From Octopus sinensis (taxonomy: Eukaryota): DNA of 55,513 bases. The translations under genes and the position numbers were made by a program. Of the stretch, positions 12,592 to 25,623 are shown piece by piece. The notes beneath the pieces are model-generated. The model saw nothing but the letters and a program-made list of their open reading frames with translations. It ran no database searches and had not been told where the DNA came from. The first letter of the stretch is position 1. The number at the start of each line of letters is the position of its first letter. The stretch spans positions 1 through 55,513 of the forward strand of contig NW_021833721.1 in NCBI RefSeq assembly GCF_006345805.1, given 5' to 3'.

Positions 12592-12634
<43 letters not shown>

Positions 12635-12669
12635 GATAGATAGATAAATACTTATAAGATGTATCTACC

Positions 12670-12830
12670 ATCACGCGCATCAGGGTATATTCGTTCCGGG
12701 GAAAATATGTCACAAATCTGCACGTTCCTGCAGAACAAAGGTTTATCTGAAAAGTCACCAGCAGGCTCATGATTGTGCAATGTTCAATGAAGAGGTAACA
12801 CTCTTCGGGCAAAAAGTAGCAATCACCATG
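12670..12830 (+). pseudogene. Possible RTE LINE 3' end (degenerate C2H2-like tail)
   Basis: ICHKSARSCRTKVYLKSHQQAH resembles the RTE C-terminal C..C.R.C.S..GL.SH..H. Confidence 0.45.
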
Positions 12831-12865
12831 TATATATGTATACACACACACATACAATATATATA

Positions 12866-12896
<31 letters not shown>

Positions 12897-13258
12897 CATG
12901 CACACACACATACACATATAGTCTGTGTGTGTGCGCGCGCGCTTGTGGTTACACGAACAAACGTCAAAATGGAGACTAAAGTTCAACAGCGGCTGAGGAA
13001 GTGAATAGCCGCCGAAATGTTCAAAAGTCTGACGAGAGAACTTGTGATACAAGTTTTCCTTGTGTGATAAAGCTGAGCACCAGTCTTCCCATCTATTTGG
13101 CACATATGGACAGAAAGGCATAACGCCTTGTATTTGTTGAGTTGTTGTGCACTCTTAGTGATTAAATGACTCGCTTAGATGAACTGTAAAATTGCATTGC
13201 AGAACTTCATACACATTCGCGCGTATATATGTATAGATTTGTATGCATTTATATATAT

Positions 13259-13362
<104 letters not shown>

Positions 13363-13464
13363 ACACACACATATATATATATATGTATATATGTATATGT
13401 ATATACATGCATACAAATCTATAAATACATATATCAGTATGTATTCATATAGATAGATAGATAG

Positions 13465-13501
<37 letters not shown>

Positions 13502-14027
13502 GTATCCATATATATGCGAGTTTGTGTGTGTGTAAAATTAATACATTACATTATACACACGTAATAGCCATTAATATTGGAACATTAGTGAGTATATTGC
13601 AAGTTCTGATCGCTGTGATGAAATTAGTATTGTAATTACAATAAGTAGTTGGAGGGGGCGGAGGAGGAGGAGGAGGAGGGGTTGTAATACTGATGGTAGT
13701 AGTGGTAGCCGCAGTAGTTACGTTGTTGGTGTTGTTCATAAATTCTATTTTATTTTTCCGTCTCCAAGTTATTACCGATTTGGCAATCTTATCAAAGGCC
13801 TTCTAACCATGACCAGAGCGTGTCTATGACTACTTTATCCCATATTTTCTCTTGGGTTTTAAAGGAGGATTTGTTTGCTATTTCTAGCACCCGACTCCCT
13901 CTGTGACTTGCATTGATGTTTTTCCTGCAACCGTTATATTTAGCCTTAGGTCAGCCTTATGGTCAGAAGCACTTTACGTTTGACCATCGTGTCTTATATT
14001 CTAGAACTACATTATTTAATGTGTCCT

Positions 14028-14240
14028 GCTGAACTGGCAGAATCGTTAGCACGCCGGGCGAAATGCCTAACAGCATTTCGTCCGTCCTTACGTTCTGAGT
14101 TCAAATTCCACCGAGGTCGACTTTGCTTTTCATCCTTTCGGATCGATAAATTAAGTACTAGTTGAGTAATTGGGTCGATGTAATCGACTATCTCTATCCC
14201 TCAAAATTTCAGGCATTGTGCCTATAGTAGAAAGGATTAT
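14028..14240 (+). mobile_element. tRNA-derived SINE, family B
   Basis: gaactggcagaatcgttagc head, gagttcaaattcc B box, gtcgactttgcttttcatcctttcgg core. Homologous to 28427-28663 and 39105-39339. Confidence 0.85.
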
Positions 14241-14514
14241 CTAATGTGTCCTTTTTAAAAAAAAAGGTTGTACGGTATGATCTGAGAAACATTTGGCTGT
14301 TGTTTCTAGCAGGTCGAACCACCACAGTAGCTTCTTCGTTAATTTAAATTCGTGTTGTTTCTTTTAGTAGTAGCTGTTGTTATTGACAGTACAACCAAAT
14401 GCAACGAACTGGTAGAATCATTAAAACATCGTAAAAAGTGTTTTGCACAGTTCAAATCCCGCTGAAGTTAACTTAGCTTTCCATTCTCCCGTGCTCTAGA
14501 AGGATCCTCTACAT

Positions 14515-14772
14515 TAGTGCTTCTCAACCATTTTTTACCAATGGACCCGTTTCGTTCCTATTTTACTCGGGTGGACCTTAACAGCCATTCGATGTTCAAA
14601 AAAAAATCCAATTATATTTTTACAATTAAATATCATTAGGAATTGTACTTTAAAAAAAATGGTTTAATAGTTTATGTAATCTAGAAGTATAACAAATTTA
14701 TTGCAGATAAATTTAAACAACAAAATCTTGTGGGCCCCTAATGGCCTTAAGGACCCCTGTTGAGAACCACTG
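14515..14772. mobile_element. hAT (Charlie-like) MITE
   Basis: tagtgcttctcaac ... gttgagaaccactg TIRs (CAGTGGTTCTCAAC type). The 8-bp TSD is not preserved. Confidence 0.7.
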
Positions 14773-14839
14773 TAGAATTTGCATGGTCGCTCAACTTTCT
14801 AGAAAAAAAACCCAGAGAAATCGCCGTCACATCACACTT

Positions 14840-14844
<5 letters not shown>

Positions 14845-14903
<59 letters not shown>

Positions 14904-15117
14904 ACTACCAATACTACCAGCATCATCACATCTGCTATTACTCCTACTACCACAACTACTACTACAACCACCATACTACTACAACTACTACAACCATACT
15001 TCTACTACTACAATTTGTACCACCACCACCACTATTACCACTACTACTACTACAACCGCCATACTACTATTACAACCACTAAACTACTACCACCATACTA
15101 CTACTACTACTACTACC
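14845..15117. repeat. Compound (CTA)n/(CTG)n/(CAC)n trinucleotide repeat
   Basis: Direct; source of the poly-T/A/Y/V ORFs. Confidence 0.9.
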
Positions 15118-15293
15118 CAGGGCCGTCTTAACAGCTTTATAGCCCCCACCCCCCGGATAAACCAAGACACTATTGTGCCCTGTAGTGGTTTTATTGACAG
15201 CAGGTCACAATATACATAGATTAGAATTGGATCCCTAGACCCGTGAGGTTCCTGGGCAACTGCTCAATGAGCCCATGCCTTAAGAAGGCCCTG
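15118..15293. mobile_element. hAT-type MITE inserted in (CTA)n
   Basis: TIRs cagggccgtcttaa / ttaagaaggccctg (13/14 match). Flanking 8-mers ctactacc / ctactact are consistent with an 8-bp TSD. Confidence 0.75.
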
Positions 15294-15471
15294 CTACTAC
15301 TGCCAACATCCTTAATACTAGTATTACCACTACGGCTACTACAATCAGTTATCTCTTTTATCGCTGTAGTTGCAGCTTCACATCTTTCGTCCAACTGTAC
15401 TAAGAGAGATGTATGTTTGTGTGGGTGGTCAGTATGTATGCGTGCGTGCGTGCGTGTGTGTGCGGGAGCGC

Positions 15472-15530
<59 letters not shown>

Positions 15531-15959
15531 AAAGGAAATTTATAAGTTTACGAGTTGATGATTGCGAATATAAATGTGCGGGATGAATGAACGAGAATTG
15601 ATACATGTGTGTGGGTGTTGATGAACGTGGATATATACACGCGTGGGTGAGGATACATGTGTGGGCGTCTGGATTGATAGGGATGCGTGCATAGATGCAT
15701 GTGTGTGTGTGCGTGGTATACTTCCCAATGTGTACGTATAGTTATGTATACATGTGTATGTAATTATGTTGTATAAGTGTATGAAAAAAAGACGTGCGCA
15801 TGGAAAACTGTGTGAAGTGAGTATATCTCTGAATGTATGTTGGTATATATAAAAAAATCCATATACAGAGATAGATAGAGATATATAATTATATACATAT
15901 CCGCATTATTATTGTTGTTATTATTATTATAAAAGCAGCGAGCTGGCACGCTGGTCGAC

Positions 15960-16128
15960 ATGCTTCTTTCGGTTTTTTCCGTCTACCAAACCTCTAACAA
16001 GGCTTTGGTCAGCCCGAGGATATACTAGAAGGTACTTATCTAAGGTGCCATGCAGTGGAACTGAATCCAGAACTATATGGTTGGCAAGCCAGCTTTTTAC
16101 CACAAAGCCACGCCTGCGCTTTAGATAT
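15960..16128 (-). mobile_element. SINE family A, 5' half (diverged)
   Basis: Reverse complement of the family A head. Confidence 0.8.
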
Positions 16129-16158
16129 ATATACACACGCATATATATATATATATAT

Positions 16159-16226
<68 letters not shown>

Positions 16227-16230
16227 TATA

Positions 16231-16280
<50 letters not shown>

Positions 16281-16283
<3 letters not shown>

Positions 16284-16445
16284 TTTTACTTGTTTCAGTC
16301 ATTTGACTACGGCCATGCTGGAGTACCGCTTTTAGTCGAGCAAATCGACCCCAAGACTTCTTTGTAAGCCTGGTACTTATTCTATCGGTCTCTTTTGCCG
16401 AACCGCTAAGTTACGGGGACGTAAACGCACCAACATCGATTGTCA
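16281..16445 (-). mobile_element. SINE family A, 3' half
   Basis: Reverse complement of the family A tail module. Confidence 0.85.
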
Positions 16446-16688
16446 GTGTATGTATGCAAGTATAAGTGTATGTGTTGGTACGTATTCATGTATGCATTTA
16501 TATATGGTTTGTCTGCGTATGTACGTATGTATGTATGTGTGTGTAAGCGAATGTGTGCATGCATGTCTGTATGTGAATATATATTTGTGCGTAGAATGCG
16601 TGGGCGTGAGTTTGTTGCGTAACGGTACGCTTGTATCGGTATGAGGTTTATGTGTGTGTGCGCATGTGCATCAATGTATATGTGTGTT

Positions 16689-16719
<31 letters not shown>

Positions 16720-16857
16720 AATATATCATGCATGTAAACGTGCGACCATAGTACATATGTGTGTGTATGTGTATATACGTATGTAATGCATATGTGTGAG
16801 CAGTGGGGAGGAGAAAGAACTTCAGATTCATAGAGACGTATATATTTGTGCATATGG

Positions 16858-16889
<32 letters not shown>

Positions 16890-17498
16890 GTGTGTATGCT
16901 TATATGTGTATGTGCATGTGGACGAAACGGGATGTATACATTCCTATGCTGAATGAATTACCACACGCGTAAAAGAAAAAATAAAGATATTTAATTCCAC
17001 TCACCCTTTCCCTCTTTGAATACATCCGGGCGTTTTTAATCATCGAACAAAGCCATCACGAGGTCCCGGATTCTATCCACTGAGTAATCACGAAGTCCTG
17101 AATTCGATTCCACCTCTAAACATCTTGGATAAGTAACTTTCACCATAGTCTCGGATAGCCTGTAGCCTCGTGAGTAAAGATGGATTGATGAAAACTGCAA
17201 AGAAGCCCTTCGAATTGATTGTACCTGTAATTTTAAAAAATACAGTCTGTCACACACTGCCTCATGGTGATTGTGCTTGAGAATTACGATAAGATTATAC
17301 ACATGTTTGTGGAGTACTCGGCCACTTACACGCTGATCCAATGCGAAAGTAGTTTAGTTGACCGAACGCCCGCCCAGTCATTGTCACAACCGACGAAGAT
17401 CCTTTTACTTTCTTCAAATTTGGAGAAACAAAAACCAAATGAAAAGTAAGACGATAGTGGCAAGATTAATCGAGTTAATGTTTTCTTCATCTTCACAT

Positions 17499-17533
17499 AC
17501 GAACGTTTCGACCCATAAAGTCATTATCAGAGT
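17499..17533 (-). ncRNA. Degenerate minimal type-I hammerhead-like motif
   Basis: Minus strand: act CTGATAA t GAC tttatgg GTC GAAAC GT T cgt. G8 is changed to A and stem I has a mismatch. Confidence 0.5.
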
Positions 17534-17644
17534 TGTTTATCATTTTAGAGAATTGTGTGTGTATGTGAGTTTATGTATATATGAAAATATTTATAGACAT
17601 GTAAATATATGTGTGTGTCTGTGTATGTGCATATGTAGATATGA

Positions 17645-17675
<31 letters not shown>

Positions 17676-17680
17676 CATAG

Positions 17681-17751
<71 letters not shown>

Positions 17752-17753
17752 AA

Positions 17754-17788
17754 GGCGCAGGAGTGGCTGTATGGTAAGAAGCCCGTCG

Positions 17789-17852
<64 letters not shown>

Positions 17853-18085
17853 TGTGTGTGTGTGTATTTGTTATTTGTCTCTGTGTTTGTCCCCCCACCA
17901 TCGCTTGACAACCGATGTTGGTGTGTTTACAGTCCCATCACGTAGCGATTCAGTAAAAAGAGCGACCGATAGAATAAGTACAAGGCTTACAAAGTATAAG
18001 TCCTGGGGTCGAGTTGTGCGACTAAAAGGCGGTGCTCCAGCAAGGCCGCAGTCAAATGACTGAAACAAGAAAAAGAATAAAAGAA
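17754..18085 (+). mobile_element. SINE family A with internal deletion in the 5' half
   Basis: ggcgcaggagtggctgtatggtaag joins directly to aagcccgtcg, followed by the linker and 3' module. Confidence 0.85.
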
Positions 18086-18099
18086 TATATATATACATA

Positions 18100-18923
18100 C
18101 GACGTCTGATCGACAAGTATCCGGATTGTTGCCATAGTAACGAAGATAAAGCACGCAGAATAAAGCCGCTTGGCAAAATTGACCTTGAACTCTGCTGTGC
18201 ATGAGTTTCATCGTCCTAGCTCAGTTCTGCTGTTTACAGCAGTGCTTGGAAGGAATGTGTGTAGCGAGTAATCGTCGCATTGACCATGACAGAGAAAGTT
18301 GTCATGGTGATACCTGCTCAGAGGCCTAAGCAAAGTTACAGAAAGTGTATGGATAGGAGTGTATGAGCCGTACACAAATGTACGAGTGGGTCAGATGTTT
18401 CCAAGATGGCCGAAAAAATGTCGATAGTGACGAACGTTCTGGGAGACCCGCAACCAACAGAACTGAGAAACACCTCGCAGACGTGCGTGAGAGGAAATCG
18501 TCGAATCACCATCTGTAAGTTATCAGAGTATGTACAGATTAGTTACGGGTTAATTCAGTCCATCATCACTGAAGATTTGAGTATGAGATGCATGTCTGCC
18601 AAGTTTGTGTCAAAACTGTTTCTTGCTCACCAAAAAGACACTCGGGTTTCAGTTGTGCAAGATCTCCTTCGTTGTGTCGAGAACAATGAAAAGTTTGATG
18701 CAGATTCTCAGCTCAACTTTCTCTGTTACGGCCAATGCGACGATCACACGCTACACACCTTTCTTCCAAGCACTGCTGTAAAGAGTAGCAGTGAGCTAGA
18801 ATATTAAAATTTAATGTGCATGCACAGTAAAGTTCAAGGTCAATCTATCTTAAGCGACTTCACTCTGCGTGCTTTAGCTTCGTTACTATAGCAACTATCC
18901 GGATACTTCTTAATCAGTCCACG
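18100..18923 (+). mobile_element. Mariner derivative with long (~200-230 bp) inverted ends and only the N-terminal HTH coding remnant
   Basis: 18100-18301 is the reverse complement of ~18710-18923. The interior reads MSRTQMYEWVRCFQDGRKNVDSDERSGRP and RRITICKLSEYVQISYGLIQSIITEDLSMRCMSAKFVSKL. TA on the left, TG on the right. Confidence 0.85.
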
Positions 18924-19019
18924 TGTGTGTGTGTGTATCTGTGTGTGTGCGTGTATGTATATATATGCATATATATATGTATAAGTCTGTATGAATGTAT
19001 ATATGTATGTACATATAGT

Positions 19020-19210
19020 TGGAATTTATGAAAAAAAACAAAAGACGAAAACAAGTATATAAACAACAAACAGCTGTATTAGTTTAACGCTCGGGAAGGT
19101 GAGAAAGTCTTTTACGTTTCGAGCCTACGCTCTTCAACAGAAAGGAACAAGAGAAAATAAACAGAGAGAGAATTAAAAAAAGCTTCAGTAGCTAGCGGTC
19201 GATCATGGCG
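19020..19210 (-). mobile_element. Penelope-type terminal-repeat fragment (family P1)
   Basis: Homologous to 49565-49835 and 53440-53635; carries the hammerhead-like motif. Confidence 0.65.
19109..19144 (-). ncRNA. Minimal type-I hammerhead-like motif (P1 copy)
   Basis: Minus strand: cttt CTGTTGA a GAGC gtag GCTC GAAAC GT A aaag. Stem I cttt/aaag, 4-bp stem II, palindromic ACGT stem III, GUA triplet. Confidence 0.65.
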
Positions 19211-19429
19211 GCTGGCTGCACAGAGGTGGTCAGACAGGAGAACTAGGAAGAAGAAGAGATAATAAAGTAGTGGAGATCCCTAAACGAAGGTGCGCGTGCG
19301 TATGTATGTGAAAGTGTGCAAGTGTGTGTGTGTGGATTGGGGCTGGTGACCTTGACGTGTGGATGTGTGCATGTGTAGGTGTGTGGATGGAGGTGTGGGT
19401 GCTGGGAATTGGTCAGTGCTAGTTTGCGC

Positions 19430-19640
19430 GGGGTGGTGTAATGTGGTGTGGTGTGGTGTAGCATGATGTGGTGTAGTGTTGTGGTGTGGTGATGTGCGAT
19501 GTGTTGTGTTGTGGTGTAGTGGTGTGGTGGTGTGTGGTATGGTGTTGTGGTGTGTGGTGTGGTGTTTTGGTGTGTGGTGCGGTGTGGCATGATGTGGTGT
19601 GGTGGTGTGTGATGTGGTGGTGTTGGGGTGTGGGGGATGG
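19430..19640. repeat. Degenerate (GGTGT)n repeat
   Basis: Direct. Confidence 0.85.
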
Positions 19641-19669
19641 ATATATATATATGAATATAAGTGTGTGTC

Positions 19670-19703
<34 letters not shown>

Positions 19704-19950
19704 TGTATGTATGTATGTATGTATACACACTTGACGCTTATTAATTTCCTACACCAGGATCTTTGGATCGTACTAATGTACCATTATACGTATATAGTAT
19801 GTATCAGGTATGTGCGTATGTATGCAAGCGCGTATGTATGCATGTATATATAACAAAAAAATATAAATAAACCTACAAAAGTACAAACGACGTTCACAAA
19901 ATATCTATATGTGTGTGTGTACATATAATATATGCATATGTGCATGTATG

Positions 19951-20006
<56 letters not shown>

Positions 20007-20339
20007 CATACATACATACATACATAAATTGATAGATAGATAGACAGACAGATAGACAGACAGACAGACAGGCAGGCAGGCAGGCAGGCAGACATCGTAT
20101 GTTTGAATGGCTCAGTAAATAGGGTTTAATTTAAAACAATGTCACTTCTATTTCAAGTTACATTTAGTTACAGATACAGAAATTAGAATGGAAGGTGGCG
20201 GTGGCGAACAAAGATTATAAAATACAATAATATATTTCTCTCTCTCTCTCCCTTTCTCTCCTTCTTTCTCTCTCGCTCTCTTTCTCTCTCTCTCTCTCTG
20301 ACTGTCCATTACTGTTACTGGCCATTAATTATTATGTTA

Positions 20340-20900
20340 TGGCAGTCTAGTTCTGACTTCCGACTGAGATGTGTATATCTTACAGAGTGATGTTGTTGCA
20401 GTATCCTGTCTGATGTGAAACAGCCCGTTCATAACAAGCTTTTTTGGCAGCTTCAACTCTATCAACCACAATGGAGTTGAGAGCTATCTTTTGACCAGAA
20501 TTCAGTTGTCTAATATGAAGTATCCATCTAGGAAAGACAATCGTCCTTCATGATGTCCCGTACTTGCATCTTGTAAACAGTGCTCCCTTCCATCCACAAC
20601 CAGCTTGTTCTTTGACGCTCGAATTCTTCAAGTATCTTTACTACGTACGTTGTATATATGTTTATTGCCAGCTTACAATTCCCAAATTCCATTTGGACTT
20701 CTTTTTCTGAGAAATCCATTATTTTGCCCTTCGGGAACCGAAATGTCATCTTCCGGTCATCTACCCAGGATTTCATTCTGACAAGTTCTTTATTTAAGCT
20801 AGCAACTGCATCATTGTCATTTTCTGATGTTGAGTTTATTGATGTAATGTGTGTGAAGCCATCGTTGTAGTAAAGGTACAGCTCAGTTTTCACACACACT
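20340..20900 (-). pseudogene. Old LINE RT 3' region (CR1/L2/Jockey-like)
   Basis: ASLNKELVRMKSWVDDRKMTFRFPKGKIM resembles LN.DL..I..W.....M.FN..K.K.M; a weak LY....RS.LEY echo lies downstream. Confidence 0.45.
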
Positions 20901-22012
20901 AACCAAATCGTCACTGGAAACCGAGAAAAGGAACGGATCAAATATTGAGCCTCGTACGACAAATGAATTTATGTCTGACAAATCAATAAATTTACTTACA
21001 GAGATGACTTTGATTGTTTTCTAACAAAAGTAACTTTGAATCCTTTGTCAGCATATTCGGAACCTTTTCTCCGTTGTTGCTAAATACCAATTTAACATCA
21101 TCCAAGACCCACCACCACCATCAAACAGCATCTAATAGATTCATAATACCATGCACTCACCATTTAAAACCACTACACCTCGCCACACTGTCATCATTCT
21201 AAAATGCTATAAAACCATCCACACCACTATCACCAATCACTGACATGAGGCTAAACAATTGCAATACCATTGCACTCTGCACAGTACTCGCCTCCCACCT
21301 CCAACAGTACCCGCCACTCCAACCAGAGACAGCACCTTCACATATCCCCACCAAGAGTTCACCATTAAGAGCTCACACGGTCAGCTAAATTAGCGGACGA
21401 TCCTCCCGCATCCCGTCTCTAACCGACATAACAACAGGCGGGGGACGTTGAATAATGTCCAAGATATTTTATGGATGTATAAAATTTACAGAGTGGTCAT
21501 GGTTGGAATGTTTGTGAAAAAAATTGACTTGCAGCTAAACAACAACAACTGCTGCCGCTATCACCATTATTCAACCCATGCTAATCACATTCCACACAAT
21601 CCCAACACAGATCGATATCACAGAAATATCGATATGTTGAAAACACTCCAGAAGTCACTTCAGATATAATCAAAAACAGTAAATAATGGGAAAATATCAA
21701 CTACTTGTGTTCGAGTGTGTATGTATGTGAATGTATGTGGGTGTATATGTGTGTATGTGTGTCTTCAATTGAATATATCTCTCTCCTCTCTCTCTCTCTC
21801 TCTCTCCCTCTATCTCCCCCTCTCTCTCTCTCTCTCTCTCTATAACACGCACATACATACTTTGCATGTGTATATAAAAATGTTTGCTGATTATTCGAAT
21901 AGATATCTACATATATTCATATATCCATACACACACACAGACACACACAGACCACACACAGACCACACACACACACACACACCACACACACACACAACAC
22001 ACACACATATAT

Positions 22013-22083
<71 letters not shown>

Positions 22084-23309
22084 TGCCTCTCAGAACCATA
22101 ATAGCCCCACCTCTCCGGACAATTCAATGCTCTGAGTCCTATAGTTTTTATTTTGCTTATGTCTGTATAGATATCGTACAAAACCAGCCACCTCTGAAAA
22201 GCACAGGCCACTGTCGTAGCAACTGTTAGCGGAAACGTCAGAAAGGGTCAGACACGTGCTAGTGGGATACTTTATGTCTATCTGCTGTGTTGTCTGTCTT
22301 TGAACGTGGCCTAATGTATCTGTATGCAAAGCAGCTGTACCGTCCTATATGTGTGAGTAACACTCTAACGAAGGTATCATCGGAGCATTGTGGACAGTTA
22401 ATAGATGGTGTAAATTTGAATTATTTTCTGGCTTTCTAGAAGGATAGTCTGCATAATGCAGTTTTAGCTAAACAACGGCATCGCTTAAGAAATAAGATTA
22501 GCATAACCCATTGGGGAATGTTTACGATGCTTCTGTTCATGAAGTCTGTGCACGTATAGCAATGAGTCTTGCTTATGGCGATTAAGGAGGGAATGAAGAG
22601 AGCTTTATCTGCATAAGAGTGAATTTTATTAGAAGTGATAGCAAATTGGACAATGACATATAGGGGATAAACACTGAAGGCAAAACTGAACCTTAGAGCA
22701 CACAAGGGTTGTTAGTATCGGTCAGAAATACAAGGGTCAAGTTGTAACTATCTTGTGTGCAATTTATAAGAGATTTGGCTGCTATTTCTAAGAAGTCAAG
22801 AAACTACGGAGTATCTCATTCGTTATAACATGTACGTTCTCTTCGGTTTTTAAGTATTTGAAATATTCCTGTTATAATAGGGTTGATTCCAAACAAGGAT
22901 ATAAAAGCTCTCTCGTTGAGATGTAGATTACGAAAACAAATTCACATTTTGAACTTAAAAAAAGTCTCGTATATTTTTACTGCTCCACTTACAGATTGTA
23001 TTTATAATGTGCCAGTTAGACGGATACTTTCGTCTTTTGAAACGCTCGGCTTATCCAACCTGCTACTTGATCATTTACTCACAAACCCAAATGCACCAAT
23101 CATTATTAGCATAAATTTGAATTTATGTATGTATTTATGCAAGTAAGTACGTACACAGACACACACACAAACACAAAAAATACGCACACACACTTATATA
23201 TACGTATATATATGTAGGTATGATTGTATTTATGTATGTATTTATGCATGCATGAATGCATGTATGTATCGGAGTTACAGTTTTATGCATGTAATCTATA
23301 TTTACTCCA

Positions 23310-23416
23310 TACGTGTAGCAACCTGTTTCACTATGCAAACACAGACGTCTGTAGAAACAAGCGTGTTTCTTACCTCTGCAGACGTTTGTCTGCACAGTGA
23401 AACAAGCTGTTACGTA
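23310..23416. other. ~105-bp imperfect fold-back (TA-flanked mini-MITE or hairpin RNA)
   Basis: 23324-23355 pairs with 23375-23404, and the stem extends to tacgt/acgta ends. Confidence 0.7.
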
Positions 23417-23563
23417 TAACCTATGAATCAAAATTATATACACACACACAGAGATATATATATAATTTAAAACTTATTGAGTTCTTCAGTGAAGTGTGTT
23501 CTTCTTGATCGCTTCAACGGGATTGTCATATATACGTATGTGTGTGTAACGCCTTTAGATACA

Positions 23564-23564
<1 letters not shown>

Positions 23565-23648
<84 letters not shown>

Positions 23649-23679
23649 GGTTATATATTATATATATATATATATATAT

Positions 23680-23728
<49 letters not shown>

Positions 23729-23798
23729 TATATATATATATATGCATATATGCATATGTACATCTGTATACTTATGTATTTATATATATAATATATAT

Positions 23799-23873
<75 letters not shown>

Positions 23874-23874
23874 C

Positions 23875-23905
<31 letters not shown>

Positions 23906-23910
23906 CTATA
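23565..23910. repeat. Interrupted (TA)n tract
   Basis: Direct; one of many TA tracts. Confidence 0.95.
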
Positions 23911-23914
23911 TATG

Positions 23915-24100
23915 GTTCAAGTCTAACCGGTTGAAACTGTTATGATAATACCTGGAAACTTGACTGAGGAGGGAAGGCCACAAATAGCTCGTCTTGTTTT
24001 GTCCTGTTCGTCTTTTTATTGTTTTTCCTGTCCGTTTTCGTATTGTCTGTCCGGATGTTTTGTTGCCGTCTGTCGCGTTTGTTTTCCAATTTTTGGGATA
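23915..24100 (+). mobile_element. Interspersed repeat family P2 (putative Penelope-type terminal repeat)
   Basis: acttgactgagga...aaggccac...tcgtc shared with 26250-26420. Confidence 0.45.
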
Positions 24101-24128
24101 TACATACATAATATATATATATATTATA

Positions 24129-24188
<60 letters not shown>

Positions 24189-24232
24189 ATATGAATGTCG
24201 TCATGGGCACACGGGTACACATACACATATAC

Positions 24233-24343
<111 letters not shown>

Positions 24344-25028
24344 GCATATGAAACTCTTTGATTTTTGTATGCATGTATATTTGAATTCGTACGGTTAAAG
24401 CTAAAACCATGGTTGTACGTATGGATGTACGTGGGTACAATTTTTCAATCCCTTCGCTAACAGGAAATCATTGAAATCTTTGCTTGACTGAAAGAAGATA
24501 ACCAATACTGAAATTAATTTCGAGATCTGATGTGAACAGATATAACAATAGGCTAGATACATATCAGCGTGTACTGTGTAAGTAGCGAACAATGTGCAAA
24601 GCGGCGCAGATACGTATTAGCAAATGCGGCAATGATTCTGTAATATCATCGCAATTCAACGACAAACTGAAGAGTTCAACATTGCTGAAGTACAAGTTAG
24701 GAATATATAGTTAGTGTCTTCTGTCTTCTGTGTTCTTGTGTTACGCTTTGAATGCTTTGCCACAGGGAAGTTAAAACTAAAGAGGAAATTATAGCTTTTG
24801 GAGATTACTTAATAATTCTTTTGTGAATGTTGTACTATTTGTAATTTCTTTAAAAAAAGATTAAAATTGTATTGAGGCAAGATGTCGAATACTTAATATC
24901 TTAATGCCTTATAGGATATGCATTCTCACCCATCTATCTTGTCTCTCTCTCTCTCTCACTCTCCCACTCTATCAATCTCTTTCTCTCTCTTTCTCTCTCT
25001 TTCTCTCTCTTTCTCTCTCTCTCTACAT

Positions 25029-25104
<76 letters not shown>

Positions 25105-25519
25105 AGTTTGGGAGAATAAAGAAGAGAAGTAGAAGTGACTCGAGGGCTGAGAGCGCTGAGAATGCCGTGCGTGATAAGTGCATGCACGATACTTTCAGCC
25201 CTTAAGTCAATTTTGTAACCTTCTTGCAGTTAAAAAATAAATTTGTATATATGATATTAATATATATATATATTATATATATATATTATATATATATTAT
25301 ATATAATTAATATATATAGATATAATATATATATATATAAGTGCTGCGTGTATTCTTAGTAGTACACCAATAAAGTGCGTTCACTGCCTATGGCTTCCTG
25401 GCGTCATCTACGGTAACTACACAATTGTCGCTGGATTTAGCTCAGGAATTCCTCATTGTATATTGATTGTAGAGCAAATGATAGAGACGGAAAATGGAAT
25501 ACACAGGAATCTTTATTGT

Positions 25520-25623
25520 TCACAACGATCGTTTCGACACATCTCGCATCGATCCCTCGCAGGTTGGAAACTATAAAACTAATTGAGGTGCATCCCCCGG
25601 TGTAGAAACCACTCGTCAGGTAA
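25520..25623 (-). ncRNA. Type-I hammerhead-like motif with canonical core and ~75-nt domain II
   Basis: Minus strand: ttac CTGACGA G...gtgtC GAA ACGATCGT T gtga. Stem I ttac/gtga, G10.1-C11.1 pair, palindromic stem III, GUU triplet. Confidence 0.5.

Noticed and set aside
14760-15131. Mucin-like Thr/Ala ORF
   Set aside because: Pure trinucleotide repeats bounded by two MITEs.
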